Positions 48,505-63,068 of a stretch of 64,000 nucleotides of DNA are shown here, piece after piece. The position numbers were made by a program, and so were the translations under genes. The notes beneath the pieces are model-generated. The model searched no databases. It saw only the letters and a list, made by a program, of their open reading frames with translations, and had not been told where the DNA came from. The stretch is from positions 256,204-320,203 of the forward strand of contig JAQGDQ010000223.1 in assembly GCA_030141605.1 (NCBI GenBank), read 5' to 3'. This stretch comes from Tubiluchus corallicola. Lineage: Eukaryota > Animalia > Priapulida. Each line of letters begins with the position of its first letter. Positions within the stretch are counted from its first letter, which is position 1.

Positions 48505-50659
48505 GTTGCGACTTTGACGTAAATCTTGACCTAAGAAGCCAGACAAACAATCACTGCATCGCTGAAGTCATTCAGTAGTCGCAAGCATGAGTTCATTCCA
48601 AGTAACAATACACTGTGCAGCGTGCAACCGAACGTTCAAGACGTAAACGGCTGAATTATTTATTGCAAAAACATTAATAATTAGCTAGCTGGGCAATAGC
48701 AGTTTTAATGTCAAGTGATCGATAGCACCTACTTAGTACCTGGCAGGTGTACTAGGCACAGCACTTGTAATTAAGGACAGACAAAAGCAAAAACTAAGGC
48801 AGTACCAGTACATTAACTTACAACAAGCTGGAACGCACATTGTCTTTGAAATTGACATTGGTATGATTGAAGTGCAAGATACCCACTTATATGTACATAT
48901 AACTGTAGATATAGTTTAATAATAGATCATAATAGATCACAGTTAGTACACACTGCGACACATGGCGCAAAAATCTGAAAAGAAAATTTGCGTTTATGTT
49001 GGGTGCCAAAGTTTAGAATACACTACTGTTAGAAACAAATAATCTACAAAACTGAAATTTCATTGTTTGATACAGTACTGCAATACACTAACTTTATGCT
49101 GCGAAAGATACATGTTTATAGTTTTAGAAGCTTTCAATTAATGGTCGAAAAATTTCTACATGTTAAAAATTTGAATGCCGGAACAATGCCAGCTAATCAT
49201 CAATTGAAAAATAACCATGTCGACGCACTTAAAAAACTCATTTAGTCAATATGTAGCAGCAAGTTTACATGCTCTTCGCTACAAAAATAAAGTACTGCTG
49301 AAGATTTGTTGTCAAGAAAAATGGAACTTGTGAACTTGTGAACAACGGTATCTGTCGTTTTCAGAGAAAGAGTATAACGCCGAAACAGAGCGGTCTGATG
49401 TAGAGAACCCCAAAGCAAAAATTGTTGAGCGCTGGGGATCTAAAGAAGTAAGAAAAGCAGGGAACGGTGTCAGCTGTTGGAAGAATTGCCTTCGTCTAGT
49501 TTGTAGTAAAAAAATTTAACAGTATCGTTCAATGTTCGATTCGCAGCTTCATGTTGATTTTGAAATGTCAAGTGCCGCAGTATTATTTTATCTGCACGTT
49601 TCCTGTTATAAGCGATCTTATATTAGCCATTCAGACTGATTCGCGTTCGCTCTGAATGTCCAAGTTACTAAAAAAAGAAAAAAATCTAATTTTCTACCAA
49701 CAAACTGTAAATGAATGTTTACGTTCGTGTAAAGCAATCAACTAGAGAAATTACTTAACGCTAAGCTGCTGCTTGCATGAGTGTTTTGGATGACTAAGTC
49801 ATGTTTATATTAACTAAACTGATATGGACTAAATAACTAACTTGGCTCAAAATGAAAGTGAGTACAAACATATAGGCCACATCAACCTCTTTGTCCCACG
49901 GCGCTCATTCCGAAAAACCTGATTTGCAGTGCATTTGTGACCATACATGTCTTTGCTACATGTTAATAACGTTTTAATCAGGACAGAATCTAGGCTTCCA
50001 TACTTGTAAGCTCAAGAAATGTCCATGTCAATCTCTTTACGTCAGTGCTAGAGCTGAATCTTCTAGGGCTCGTCCATAATAATTAACAGCTTAACAATAA
50101 TTCTGCATGGGAGTTCTGCTTGGATTTTCTCGAATTTAGAATTTCGCGTTCATAAGACTGAAAGCAAAGACCAATCAACATGAACGCCGAAATAAGAAAA
50201 AAAACTCAGTTGAAGTAATAAAATATTCGCAAAACTTAATTTTATGATTTTTATACCTTGTCTGGTTTTAAAATTCATTTTAAGTTTGAAATTTTGTGAA
50301 ATGCAGTTTGATTAAAGGATCACATACAGCACTCCGTTATTCTGCCCTTACTTGTTGTATAGATCTCGGTTTGAAATTTGATTTTGTAACTTTACTTCTA
50401 ATAACTTTATTTCTAGACACAAAATTGTTTTCGTTTTCTTCTTGACACAAAATTGTATAATTATCATCAGTAGTGGCGACAAGCTTTTTACTGACCAAAA
50501 ACTATTATTACATTTAATCAGGGCAACACTTTGTTAGTACAAAATTTACTCCATAACATTTGTACATTGACGGTCGTGAAGGTGTTAAAATGGCTTTAAG
50601 AAGAGTGTAGCAATATAGTTAACATATTTGACACTATACTCTCAGTCACACAAGTAACA

Positions 50660-51250
50660 GTGATTAGTGTTCAAAACATGTAAGGCACTGATGAATATAG
50701 ACCACAACAGCTTGGTTATTGTTATGCTTAAATATAGAACAAAGGGATGCCACATCAATATTAGAGAACTGAGGTCGTTGTCTGATCGGGTCAGTCTTCG
50801 TGTACTTCATCTTGAACGTGCCTTGGGTCGTCAGTACAGCAGTCGCAAAACCTCTGGTGCCCAGGTGTGTTTGTCCACCTGCCACTTTCAATAGTCTATG
50901 ACCTGATATCCTAGCCTTTATCCAGGAAACTCTTTCGAGTTCAGGAACAGGCACCGTCTTATTTTGAATACATAGCTACTAACCAAATCCGGATTCACAA
51001 GTTTGTACGTAACTATCCTACTAGAAATAGACACTACACTACACTCTGGTTTCTTTATCCTCAATTCCTGGGTCTCTTATCAGGGTAATGACGCTATTGA
51101 TGTACGTATAGGTAGAGGTTGCTGCCGCTTGATATTTATTTATCGTATCCATTAATATAGGATGCTTACCAAGATTACGGAAAATCTTTGTAAAGATCCT
51201 GCTGTATTGCTGGCTCTGAATGTATGCCTGTGCCGATGATATATTAACTC
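50660..51250 (-). mobile_element. Possible decayed L2/CR1-type LINE 3' fragment
   Basis: Minus-strand peptide ..QTHLGTRGFATA.. resembles the T..G.R.F..A motif of the L2/CR1 ORF2 C-terminus; many stops nearby. Confidence 0.3.
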
Positions 51251-53206
51251 ACAGACTTACATACACAAGCGTGAATAGCAATGTCTTCATTGCGCAAACC
51301 TTTCAACGGTTTCATGTGTTCCTGTAACAACTAATGACTAGACTACTGAAAGTACGTAATTAAGCACCCATCACTAAGCATTAATTAATTGTAGAGCGCC
51401 CAGTGACGTCAGCTTAGTCAAAGTTTACGGTGTCAAGTTGCCCATCAAACGTGCCATCAGTGAACCGCCGTTAAAGTTCAGATTTACTAGCTATTATGCT
51501 AAACCATTTCCCAGCAAACAATCAATTTGTGAAGCCATTTAGTAGGAATCTATAAACCAAGTCCTTTCATTGAGTTATGACTCAGCTGTAGTGTGAATGG
51601 AGCATTAGAGAGACTACGTGGCGCGAAACCAGCTGCGGCTCCACACAACTGTATCAGAACAGCGACTCGTACAACGTTATATTAAACCATCGATTTTGGA
51701 CTTCAGTCAGAAAAGGTGAGAAAACAATTCTGGTTTGTCACAGTTCAAAAACCTACTGTTGAGTTAAGGCCAGCTAATTTGATTGATTGATTGATTAATT
51801 AATTAATTGCACCATTGGGATCTGATAGTCCACCCCATCAGAAAAGGAATGCGTTTTGATTGATTGTGCACTAGTGGACACCTTCTCTGTTATGTACGGA
51901 ATGCAAATGATAAAAAGTGCGACTTCTAGCTGTAAGGTTCTGTGTTCAAATTCTGGTTTCTCACAATTTTAACGTCTTCCTTTTTCTCCTACAGTTAATT
52001 AGCAACTATGTTAATTGTTGTTTACGTGCAAGCCGTTAAGTAAATTAATTCCGGCTTATCACAGGGCAAAAATCTATTGTTAACAACAGGTAACGACAAA
52101 GAGATAGTAGAATTTATGTCAATGGCGTTTTTTATTTATTATTGAGACGCTTAGGAAGCAGTATAACGAGAATCTGATTTGAATGTGATTTAGTGTCATA
52201 AAAACTACACCATTCCATGATTCCCATTCTATTACTTAATTGCTTGTTGTACTTAAGGCAGAATTATTGAGTGCCTCAACAGAATCTTAATGAATAAAGA
52301 CTAAAATTTAATGTTTACAAGAATTGTCAAGTTAGCTGTAATGGATAGACAGTCGAAAAGGCTTTAAACTAACGAGTAAAGCTCGACCTTGCTTAGACAT
52401 GGTAATGTAACGCAGTATGCTATTCATTGAAAAATAGATGAATATATATATATATGCTATAAAGGACATATTATAGCTATGCTATGTACATACATATATA
52501 TTATATATATATATAATGTCCTTTATAGCAAATTAAAGTGTCGTTATTATAATGCTCCAAATGTCTGTCGTACAACTCATTAAGATCACAATTTAATGCA
52601 TTGAAATAAACAGCAACTTTATTAAACACTAGCATGCTCAACTATAACAACAGCTTTAACATTATCCCAGACATGCTGTCCGGCTTCACAACACTGAACT
52701 AGTCGCTGATGCAATCAGAAAACAATGTAATATGTGCTGCCATCTATTAGTGACAATGCATACCACACAGTTATATAGCGTGATTTTTTTCATTAACTAC
52801 TTCTTAAACATATTTTTTTACTTTTACAAACTAAATCTTCTATTTCAAATACAAAGTCTTTCAGACTTCCTACCGTTAATGAGCCCATGTTAATTCCTTC
52901 TTGGCGTCTTATGCATTTTAACGTTTATACACCTAAGGGATTAATAATGCAATTTTATATGTGCATTCTAATGAGCACTAGAGACGTCACATCCATACAT
53001 TGTCCGCGTTTTATTACAAAGTGGAAAATTTTCTGAAATCATCGTGCATACTGCGAATTGATAAATCCCGCGTACATCGTAACTTTATTCCTGTATGATG
53101 TCGAAATTTTTCGCAAGATTAACAGTTAGGCCTAACTGCACTTGGTACTTAGAGTAGCCTACATGACATCCTGTGACAAGAATCAGTCATTGCATCGCAG
53201 AAGCGG

Positions 53207-53639
53207 TTAAAGGAAAACAGAATTTTGAAGTATGCATTTATAATAATACCCAGCGGTTTTGCTAATTAAATAATAGGTTGAAAACTTAATTAACGGTGGG
53301 CGAGCCCAACTATTGATGATATCACAAATGAACATAATTTTCAACGGCGCAAACATTTCATGAACGAATTTCAAGTGTTTACGAAAGCGACAACTGAAGC
53401 ACAGTGCTACTGTACAACATTCAGTGTGATATACACTGTTTAAAATTCAACTTTCAAATTTAGCGCCGTATTCACGTATGAACTGTGCACTACGTCACAA
53501 ATGAAACCTCTGAAATGCATGTAACAACGAAGAGCTGCCCAGAATGCGAAATTACGATTTTGTGGTAATAATTTTTTCGCGTAAGTCATTCTCGAAAAAA
53601 TTGTATATTCCCTTTCAGGCAATTCCGATTTTCCTTTAA
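53207..53639. mobile_element. Kolobok-like MITE, copy 3 (internally deleted)
   Basis: TTAA-AGGAAAAC ... TTTTCCT-TTAA termini; shares GGCGAGCCCAACTATTGATG..ATCACAAATGAACATAATTTTCAA with copy 1. Confidence 0.75.
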
Positions 53640-53961
53640 GGCAAAAGAAACGAGTTCCTCTTCGCATCGTATGCAAAATGTCATGATTCATAAAGCCAGT
53701 TCTAACTAATAAGAATGCATGCTAATGATTTTAGGCCTGCAGAAAGGGATTACCTCTAAGTCAAAACGAATCCTTATCTTCTTGAATTTTGAAAGGACAT
53801 TATAGGGCTTAACTATAAAATTTGCTGGCAAGCGGTACGATATACAGTGAAGAAAAATCAGAAAACTGCATTGAAATTACGAAAGAAAGGGCGTTGAGTA
53901 GCGTTTACCTAACATACGGAATGTGTATGCATTTTGTGTTACACATCTGCGGAATGTCTGG

Positions 53962-54256
<295 letters not shown>

Positions 54257-55095
54257 AATTGAGCAGCCTTGTATATAGTGCTTGTAAAGTTCACGTACTA
54301 AGCGTAAAGCCATATTCCAAATATTTGTTAGTGGCAATAAAGTATTTACTTATTTCAAGTACTTCAACTAATATTTCTGTAATTTATCAGCCTGTAAATA
54401 GAGGCCTCGTTTGTACACACACATTTGTACATATTTACGAAATAAAGAATTACCATCATCATCAATTTTTTTAAGCTGCAGAACAGTCACTCATACTTAA
54501 AAGTCGTTGAATTTAAGTTTGTGTGCGTGTTAAGCACGAAAATCTGCGATAGGTTAGAATACAGTAACTAAGCCAAGTTCATGGTTCTTGCTTTCCTGTC
54601 TGTGCGTATATACGTATCATGTACATTATGGTGCAACATCTTTCTAAGCTCTAAAACAGCAAAACGATGGTTATTTTTATAGCAATAATTGTTGTTACTA
54701 ATCGTAGCGTTTACAGAATCTTGTAAACATTTGCATATTAACTTATAGTATGTGTACTTATTTACTTAGCTACTGGGATATTCGTACGAAAAGATAAAAG
54801 GATACAAATAATATTACGCATGCGTAGTAAAGAGTATATACGAGTTAACCTTCGGGCATTGGCCTCTAAAACTTCTACTGAATGACTCATGCTCAAATAA
54901 ATAAGTCTCATGGGGTCACGTGAGAGAAAAGATTTTGCTTTTTATTCTAAAGGAATCGAAATATTATGTATTTCATTTTCAATATACATGTATATATTAT
55001 GGTCTAGAATTCCGATTGTGTGATGTAATCGACCCTTTTCACATGTGGGAAACTTTCCAAAGGGCATTTGGTTTGTTCGCATGTGCCAAAAGACA

Positions 55096-55709
55096 TTAAA
55101 GGAAACCTAGACCCAACTGAAACTGTACGTCAAAACACTCTACTTTTTAAAATACTGAACGGTAACACACTATTTTTTCAAGAATGACTTACGTTAAGAA
55201 TTATTACCACACAAACGCAATTTCGTCTTCGCGCGGCTAGTTCTTCCCTGTTACGCGCGCTTCGCTATTCGTTAGTTAGATGGGCACTAGCACCCGCATT
55301 TCGGAAACGCGTTGCACAAAAAAAACAAGAGCTGTACCTCTCAGATCTGAGATGCTCGTTTGTGATATAGTGCACACACTCGAGAGCTCATGCGTAATCA
55401 CTGCAGTAAATTTGAAATTAGAATTTTAAACTTAAATTTGACAAGTTTTTGTATGCCACACTGAATGATGTACAGTAGCACTGTATTCAATTTTTGCGTC
55501 CGAATACACGTGCAATACGCTCGTGGAATGTTTGTCCAGTTAAAAATTGTGTTCATTTATGATGTCATCACTAGTTGAGCTCGGTCGGCGTTAATTAAGT
55601 TTTTAATCTATTATTTAATTATCAGAAATGCTTTAACAGTATTATTGGTGTTAAAATGTACACTTTTTGCCGTATTTCAAATGGGGTAGGATGTAGGGTC
55701 GTCCTAAAA
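55096..55709. mobile_element. Kolobok-like MITE, copy 4 (inverted relative to copies 1-3)
   Basis: Starts TTAA-AGGAAAC; interior is the reverse complement of copy 1 (e.g. CATTTCGGAAACGCGTTGCACAAA); right end degenerate. Confidence 0.7.
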
Positions 55710-58700
55710 GATTATCATTTACAAGTTTGTCTCTGCGCTTGCGTCAGTAAATAATAGCAAACAATCAAGGAAGTTATAACTATAGTTTAGAAGACTGTCA
55801 CATTATCCGCACAGCCGCACAGCCATGCCCGTCCTCTGACAGCCAAGCTAATAATACTAGATTGATTGCTTTCATATTCCGAACCGGGCCAACACGGACA
55901 TTCAAGATATTAGCATCAGAGCATGAAAAATTAGTCCCTGAATATCCTTGAATATTTGAAATGTTCTTCTCTTAGGTTACTTGGTTGTACTAATCTTCAC
56001 TAGTACTTAGAAGCCGAGTTTTATCCACAGAGATTGTCTCTAATTAGTTGCCCTGTTTCCCAGGCCAATACAATCGATATCCTGCCACATGCAGTTAGCC
56101 ATAAGGGCAATATAAATTGCAAGTGAGATGCAATTTACAGCAACTGAGATGCTATTGATGTTTGTTTGTGGAAAATCCTGGAAAATAATGATAGAACTGT
56201 TGTTGTGTTTTTGGGTGGGTCAAGCTCCATAGCTGCATTTTACATTTACCAAAGACGATTACTGAGTAAGCTCTAACTTCCTACTAAGTAACTAAAGCAT
56301 TTTGACATCCACCAAAAGCGAGAAAGAGAGTTAGATATCTCAGTAGACAGTATGATACCAATGATGGAATAAACTTATTACTGAATTTTTAAAAACAAAC
56401 ATTTCCGACAGAAAGAAATTTCAAAAATCTGGGTTTGAACCAAAAAACTTTCTAACTAAACATGAAGTTGAACCGTAGACAACTGCACAATCCATTGGTT
56501 TTGCTTTAAATCTAAGACCAAAGGTCCCTGGTTCAAATCCTGACTTTTCACATTTCCTTCCTTTCAAGTTTGGCTTCAAAATTCCAATAATAATATTATG
56601 CATTCATTCACTCAGTTATTAATAACCTTGAAATTATTAATAATTACTTACAAAAGCCAGTGTTTATATGTAAAGAAACTGAATGAAATAAGTTGCAGTA
56701 CTGTAGATGAGGCATGGAATAGTTTTACAGTTGTAGTACTCAACTTGAACTTAAGTTCATGTTGATTTGAAGGTTACAGTTGCAGTGCTCAGCTCGAAAT
56801 TGATGTTCAAGTTGATCTGAAAAAAGGATGTATAGCACACTCACTAATAAAAACTTCAGGCCCAGCCAACCCGTTCACTAGTTCGCCTGTGTAATAGCTC
56901 TAATAGTGCAAACGTGAACAGTCGTAAATGATGCTACGACTCGCGCGGATGCACATGATAGAGTTCCAGGCATTCATAATGCAAACAAGACGTTTTATCG
57001 CAAAATAACAGGCTTTGCGCTTGTGTTTTCTTAGCGTGCATAGCTGGTCTGATTATGCTTCCAAAAAGATCGTATGCACAATGTGAAATCGTTAATTTAT
57101 AAAATAATTATTGATTATAATGATTTTAACTAAGTAGTATTGTTGATCCAAAGTAATGTTTGACTCAAACGACGATATGATTAAATAGACAGAGGAGAAA
57201 TAAATAAGAATGTGACGAATTTTAATACAATTACAAAGAAGATACACTGCTATATTTACATAACTTTGCAAACCCCACAAAATTGTTTTATGTCATAATC
57301 GCTTTTGATCTTATTTTTAAATACCGTCTAATAAATACCACAAAACAATTGAAGACGTCGCTTACTTATGGGTTTAATTTGGCAAAAAACTCATTTCTTA
57401 CCTGATGCGTGTGAAACGTTTGCGGTGCGTCACGTTTGGTGTTACCTCCTTCTACATGTTTCCTTAGTGTAACCGAATAAAAGTATATTAAAATATCAGC
57501 TCCAGCAGCTGCTGCATACTGCAACTGAACTTCTTCCCCAGAACCTGAGGTTGCCAATGCGCAAGTCCTCTTTGCACAAGAATTTTTAAGTGCCATTATA
57601 TGTTCTTAGCGAAAGTAAGCTTGCGCCATCTATTTGTCAGTGCAAGAATCTAACATTAATAATGCAATACTTGGCCATTTATTTAGCAAAAAGACACTAA
57701 TATGGGTTAGCAGTGAAGAATAGTACAATTGACTATTGCACCGAGAAAGAATCCTAACTGTAGGGCGATTAGTACGTGATTTATATTGTGTTAGTAAAAC
57801 AAAAAACAAGTCTCAATGACAAACTTATAAAGAGGTTTATTTCACTGCGTACTTTAGACATATTTAGAAGTTTTCAAATGTTTGCTCAGTTATGAAGATT
57901 TCACTTTTTTCTTGTGTATGAAAAATTCTTCGGAAGGTGTACACAAAATTTTACTTAGCTGTTAATGATCAGTTTAATGGATCAAATCGGTCCAAACGCA
58001 GTGACATCTATTAAATCAAATTCTTTCACATGGTTCAACTTATTTTAGTAAAACAAATATAATAAACAGTAAATTCAGTTACTGAATTATGGAGAAAAGC
58101 CGAGATTTCAACATTATGTTGTAAAGACAGTTAGCAGATGTAATATTAAATGGGCTACACGGCCAGCTTCTGCTTTGGGACTCATGGTAAATGTCTTGAC
58201 TGCAGTCAGGGATCGACAGCTTTGAAATGCAGTGGTTTGGCAATGTTCAGACTTATCCTACCGAATACTTCAAATTTACTGTTATAATACTTTATAATAT
58301 TCAAGTTGACCTTAACAATGGCATTGTTAACAATATCTTGTGCTAGTTGTCGTTTATACATAACACGACTGTGATTGATCACCTGTTGATCATTATCAAT
58401 TTTCTGCTCAGAGTCGAAGCGTTTGAACTTAAAAGTTATAGAAAATTAGAGTTCTCTGTACCAAGTGAACTTTCACCCATTTAAAGCTACGTAAAGAGTT
58501 GTTGACTTTCCGCAAGACCAATGCATGCAATTATCTCTGTTAGACAAGAATCATTTAACTTTGCAAACATGTTAAATCTCGAAAAATTGAGAATTGGGAT
58601 GCGCACATTGTTAAAAACGAATTATGTCACTTCTTGAGATTCTGCTTCATAGCAGAATCTTCTTGATTTACCTCTGCAGAATCTGCTTGATTTACCCGGG

Positions 58701-58965
58701 TTTTAATTTTTATTTCTTTGCTTTGTTAATAGCTCGCACACGCACGAAACCAGTGTCAGGAAACTCATAGCACGCACTCCCCAGGTAGGGGATTTACGTT
58801 TGTAGGTGATCCGTCACCCTGGGTCAATGTTCGCGGAGTGGGCGGGGACTTTCGTTAGGCTGAATTTCGTTCCACAGTTTTTCAGATAGGGTCATAATTT
58901 TTGGTGTGTGGGTAGAGCTCTTGTACACGGCTGAATACAGGCCGCTTGCGTATTTCCTTCCTTCA

Positions 58966-59159
58966 TACCTACCTACCTATCTACCTACCTACCTACCTAC
59001 CTACCTACCTACCTACCTACCTACCTACCTACCTACCTACCTACCTACCTACCTACCTACCTATCTATATGCCTACCTATCTACCTACCTACCTGCCTAT
59101 CTACCTACCTACCTACCTACCTAACTACCTACCTACTTACCTACCTACCTACCTACCTA

Positions 59160-59195
<36 letters not shown>

Positions 59196-59360
59196 CGTAG
59201 CTACCTACTAGCTACGTATTAGTGAGATTGAGAGTAGTGTTCATCTTTAATAATGCACGGAGTAGCGAGAGTACTAGGTAGTTAGATAGATAGATAGATA
59301 GATAATTAGCAGTCAACCAAACAGACAGACAGACAGACAGGAAGGTAGGTAGATAGATAG
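58966..59360. repeat. (CTAC)n/(CTGC)n tetranucleotide repeat followed by (GATA)n/(GACA)n
   Basis: Direct reading. Confidence 0.9.
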
Positions 59361-62300
59361 CAAGTTGATTTGTAATATGACTGACAGTGCCCCTGCAAAA
59401 ATGAAGTGCATCAATTGTACTGTTTAAAGTATGCAATGCCAAATTACTCTACATCTTTTCTCAATATGTGAGAAGCTTAGACTACGTATGTTTAAAATTT
59501 GACTGTTGATTTACAATAAAACAATAAACTTAACGGTAGTGCGTGCATAAAGGCCAATATAGCTCTTCCAAGTTTAAAAGTTGCGCAAATGTGTATTCTG
59601 GCAATTTTAATTTAACATTTGTGATATTATTATGAAAATCCACAAGCAAATGTCTAAAACTCGAATATACACTTCTACCAATGAGAAAAGGCAACATTAG
59701 CATTAATAACGGCTATTTTAGCGACTTACATCTAGGTAATACAAGTAAGAATGCTTCATACAACTAACAAACAAGATGTCTGGTGTCGGAACTAGCTTTC
59801 CAAATGGAAGCAATTATTTAACCTTTTACTATATAAAATCTTGTAAATTTTTTAAGTTATAGGTAAATGAAATTACTTACTGTATAAAGTATTGTAAAAT
59901 GTATTCAGACAATGACTAAAGCCAGATGAATAACGAATAACTAATTGTTTAGGTGTTCAGTTGATAAGCGTCCTGTCAGCCCAGGCAGGCCTTTCGCGAT
60001 TTAACGTTTGAGTAGCACAGTTTTCGAACCTTTGTCTTGCTGGACGAGGAAATGTGTCGTTTGCGGCTAATGCGTTTGGTTGCCCTTGCATAAGTAATTA
60101 ACTCTTTCTTGTACACGGAACAAGTTTTCTGCATAATGTGATAATGTAGTAGTTAGACTTGAGAGAGACCGAAACAAGCGAACAGAAACTTTCTTTACTT
60201 GTTTTAATAAAATCAGAATGCATATATGATTTTCAATGTCTTCAATGCGTTTTAACAGCCCTTCCTCCTCTAACGAATTCTAATGAATCATCATTATTTC
60301 GTCAGTTAAATTTACCATCTTACTTTCTAATCTGTGAATAATAGTATTTTCGACAACTGTTTGATTGTTGGGTGATGACGTCAGAAATTCGGGTGCTTGG
60401 GAGTTTATAATTAGCACATCTGAACCTACACAAGTAATTACACTCTCTGTATTACTATGATCGGACTGGGTGTTTTTTTTCACCTTTATACCGTCTTTTA
60501 CGAGCTCCGCTAGATCACTTTCACACGTGTATATGCGTCGTTGATGCGATTCATAAGCAGTAATTTGATAGTCAGGTAATTTTACTGCAGCAATAATGCA
60601 CCCACGAATTGCATAATGAAATATCTTTATGTCATTATAACGAGATAGCTATGTCGTAATAACGATATAATAAATTGTTATAACAAAGTTGTATTGTAAC
60701 GAGGTAGTAAGTCGTTATAACAAAATAGTTGTGTCTTTCTAACCAGATAATTGTATGTTTGGTCGAAAAAATTGACACTAATGGAGCTCGTACAATAGTT
60801 TATGTCGTCAAACTTCAAAAAAAATAATGATGATGCATTTAAAACATGATTGTTGATAAGATTTGTGGCATGATTATTGTGCTCTTGAGAGCGAGACAAA
60901 TATATGTTCAAAAATGCCTTTTTTATCATGACAGGGGAGCTCGAACCTTGTGTTGCAAGAGAAGGATTTGAGCTCGTCGTTGCCGGGATTAATTTTTTAG
61001 GGGACAGTTTCTATGTTGCAATTCAACAGATGCTAGACAACTCAGCTCAGTTCACCGAGTTCACTTTGTGCATGGTGCGTACAATGCAGTCGAACAACGG
61101 CATAAAAATGATTTTTGTCTTATTGCATTTTGTACGTGCTTCTGATTGGCAGAAGAATTAGTATGACTGAATAAAGGTTAACTTGCATATGTGGGGCGTT
61201 CTCTTACGCAATAAATGAGATTGTTATATGGGTACCGTCCCGAATTGCGAGTGTTGGGCGTTTTCGTTATGACACCACAAACACTTTATTTCTGGTGAGC
61301 ATATCACAGACATGTATTCCAAATAAGAGCAAACGAAACAGTTTTTAATATTACTGATAAATTCTAGGTTTAATACAGTTTACGGTCAGAACCGAAAGCA
61401 ATTTACTCTAATTCAAAAGCTCCAAAGCTCGAGCAAGGGGTGGAATCTTACTTGGCCACTTCTACAATGCTTGTGAGGTGTGCCGGAACCGTGTGCGGTT
61501 ACTTCTCCAATCCTAGTGGAGTGTACTGGAGTTCTGACCGTGGAGCTTGTGGAACTACCATTGATACAAGGTCTGGTCATTGCCTGCTTGTTTCTGCACC
61601 AGATCTCCCGAATTTCCGTTTACAGCAGTAAGTCAGATAAACGAATAATAGCCAGTTCCCTGCTGTTTTAGCCTTACGGCTCGAACACCTAACCCTTTAA
61701 TGTGTCAGTGGACTTTAATCACTTTCTGCCGCCATGATAATTATGTCTTGACTTCAATTATTAGCAGACATTCATCAGAAGCCATATTGGACGACTTCAC
61801 TGGCTTAGCACGTTCGACACACTGTGTTGAACCTGATTTCAATTTCTAGAACAGGTAAAAGTCGACGACTTTGTCCTTTAACATAACTGTTTATTGGCTA
61901 GATAGCTTTCAGTTGAGCGTATAACCAATCACTTGCTTTCTTGTAAAGGAGATCTAAGACAGGTATGAGGTGGGACATTTCCCAGAGTTAACTAGATGCA
62001 TGCTCATATGCCTACAGTCACAAACTTGTTTTATTATAGTAGATAAATTCGCTTAATGAGTAATTAATTAATGACTTATTCAATTAACATAAGCAATTAA
62101 TTAAATTAAGCTATTAATGCAGCCTAAGTACAGAATATACACAAAATCATATTAGAATACAGTCAACGATATTAAAAGGGGTTGCAATTCATTCCCAACT
62201 GGCATTTAACTTAAAGCTATAGCTACAGAAATTTAATTGAAATTAAAAATTAATTTAAAATTAAAATTTAATTAAGTATTTATTAGCTGTCAGGAATCCA

Positions 62301-62613
62301 AAGATTCGATGAAAAGACGACTACCAAAACACATGTACCTTTAATTTAATATTTTTAACAATTACTAAACTTTTTATTCCGAGGCAAGGTAAAGATGATG
62401 AATAAAGAACAAACGTCATTTTTAAATGATTCAGCAACACAGTCAAAGCCAACAACATAACACGAATACATGAATATGTTACAAGATGACTATAGGGGTA
62501 TAGTAGAAAAGCAATGACAGGTATTACAGTTCACACCAAGATAAAGCAAAGAGGTTAACGCGTAAAAAGCGATATACAGCGACACATATGAATTAATGCA
62601 CCAAAAAATTTGT

Positions 62614-63068
62614 ACTAACGACGCAGAACATCACTCCAGAAGAGCTCAACCAAAGACTTCAAGTCCATATTCTTTGTTTTCTCAGCCTCAACTGCAAGGA
62701 TCTTCAGATCACTCAGTCGACACTGACTCATTGTACTGCGAAGAGCATTCTTGATAAATTTAAGAGCAGAAAAGGATCTCTCACAAGAGCAAGACGGGCA
62801 AAGTCAGAAGCAACTGGTATGCGATGGAGATCATTGGGCAAAGTTCGTCCTGTCCAGAAGAAATTATATAACAGTATACTGAGTGAATGCAGTTTGTGTC
62901 AACATGTTCAGGAACAGAGCCTGCAGTGGGAGATTTCACCGTTCCTCAAAATTTTGCACCTTATTGGTCTCATTACAAGCAGCCGAAACCCTTAAAATTT
63001 TTGACATTTTGTAAAAAATTGGGGGGCGCCTGCCCCCCCCCCCGGGCCCCTATAGCACGACGCCACTG
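62614..63068 (-). mobile_element. Internally deleted hAT transposon with C-terminal dimerisation-domain relic
   Basis: Minus strand reads YQLLLTLPV/SCSCERSFSALKFIKNALRSTMSQCRLSDLKILAVEAE (hAT dimerisation motif, frameshifted); CAGTGGCGT terminus with a G/C-run subterminal region at 63068-63020. Confidence 0.85.

Noticed and set aside
56490-56560. tRNA-like sequence with GGTTCAAATCC (similar at about 51910-51965, 24945-25005, 35470-35530)
   Set aside because: No complete cloverleaf or acceptor stem; these are SINE heads, not tRNA genes.
56724-56822. Two diverged direct repeats of about 50 bp
   Set aside because: Simple tandem duplication with no spacers; not CRISPR-like, and the DNA is eukaryotic.
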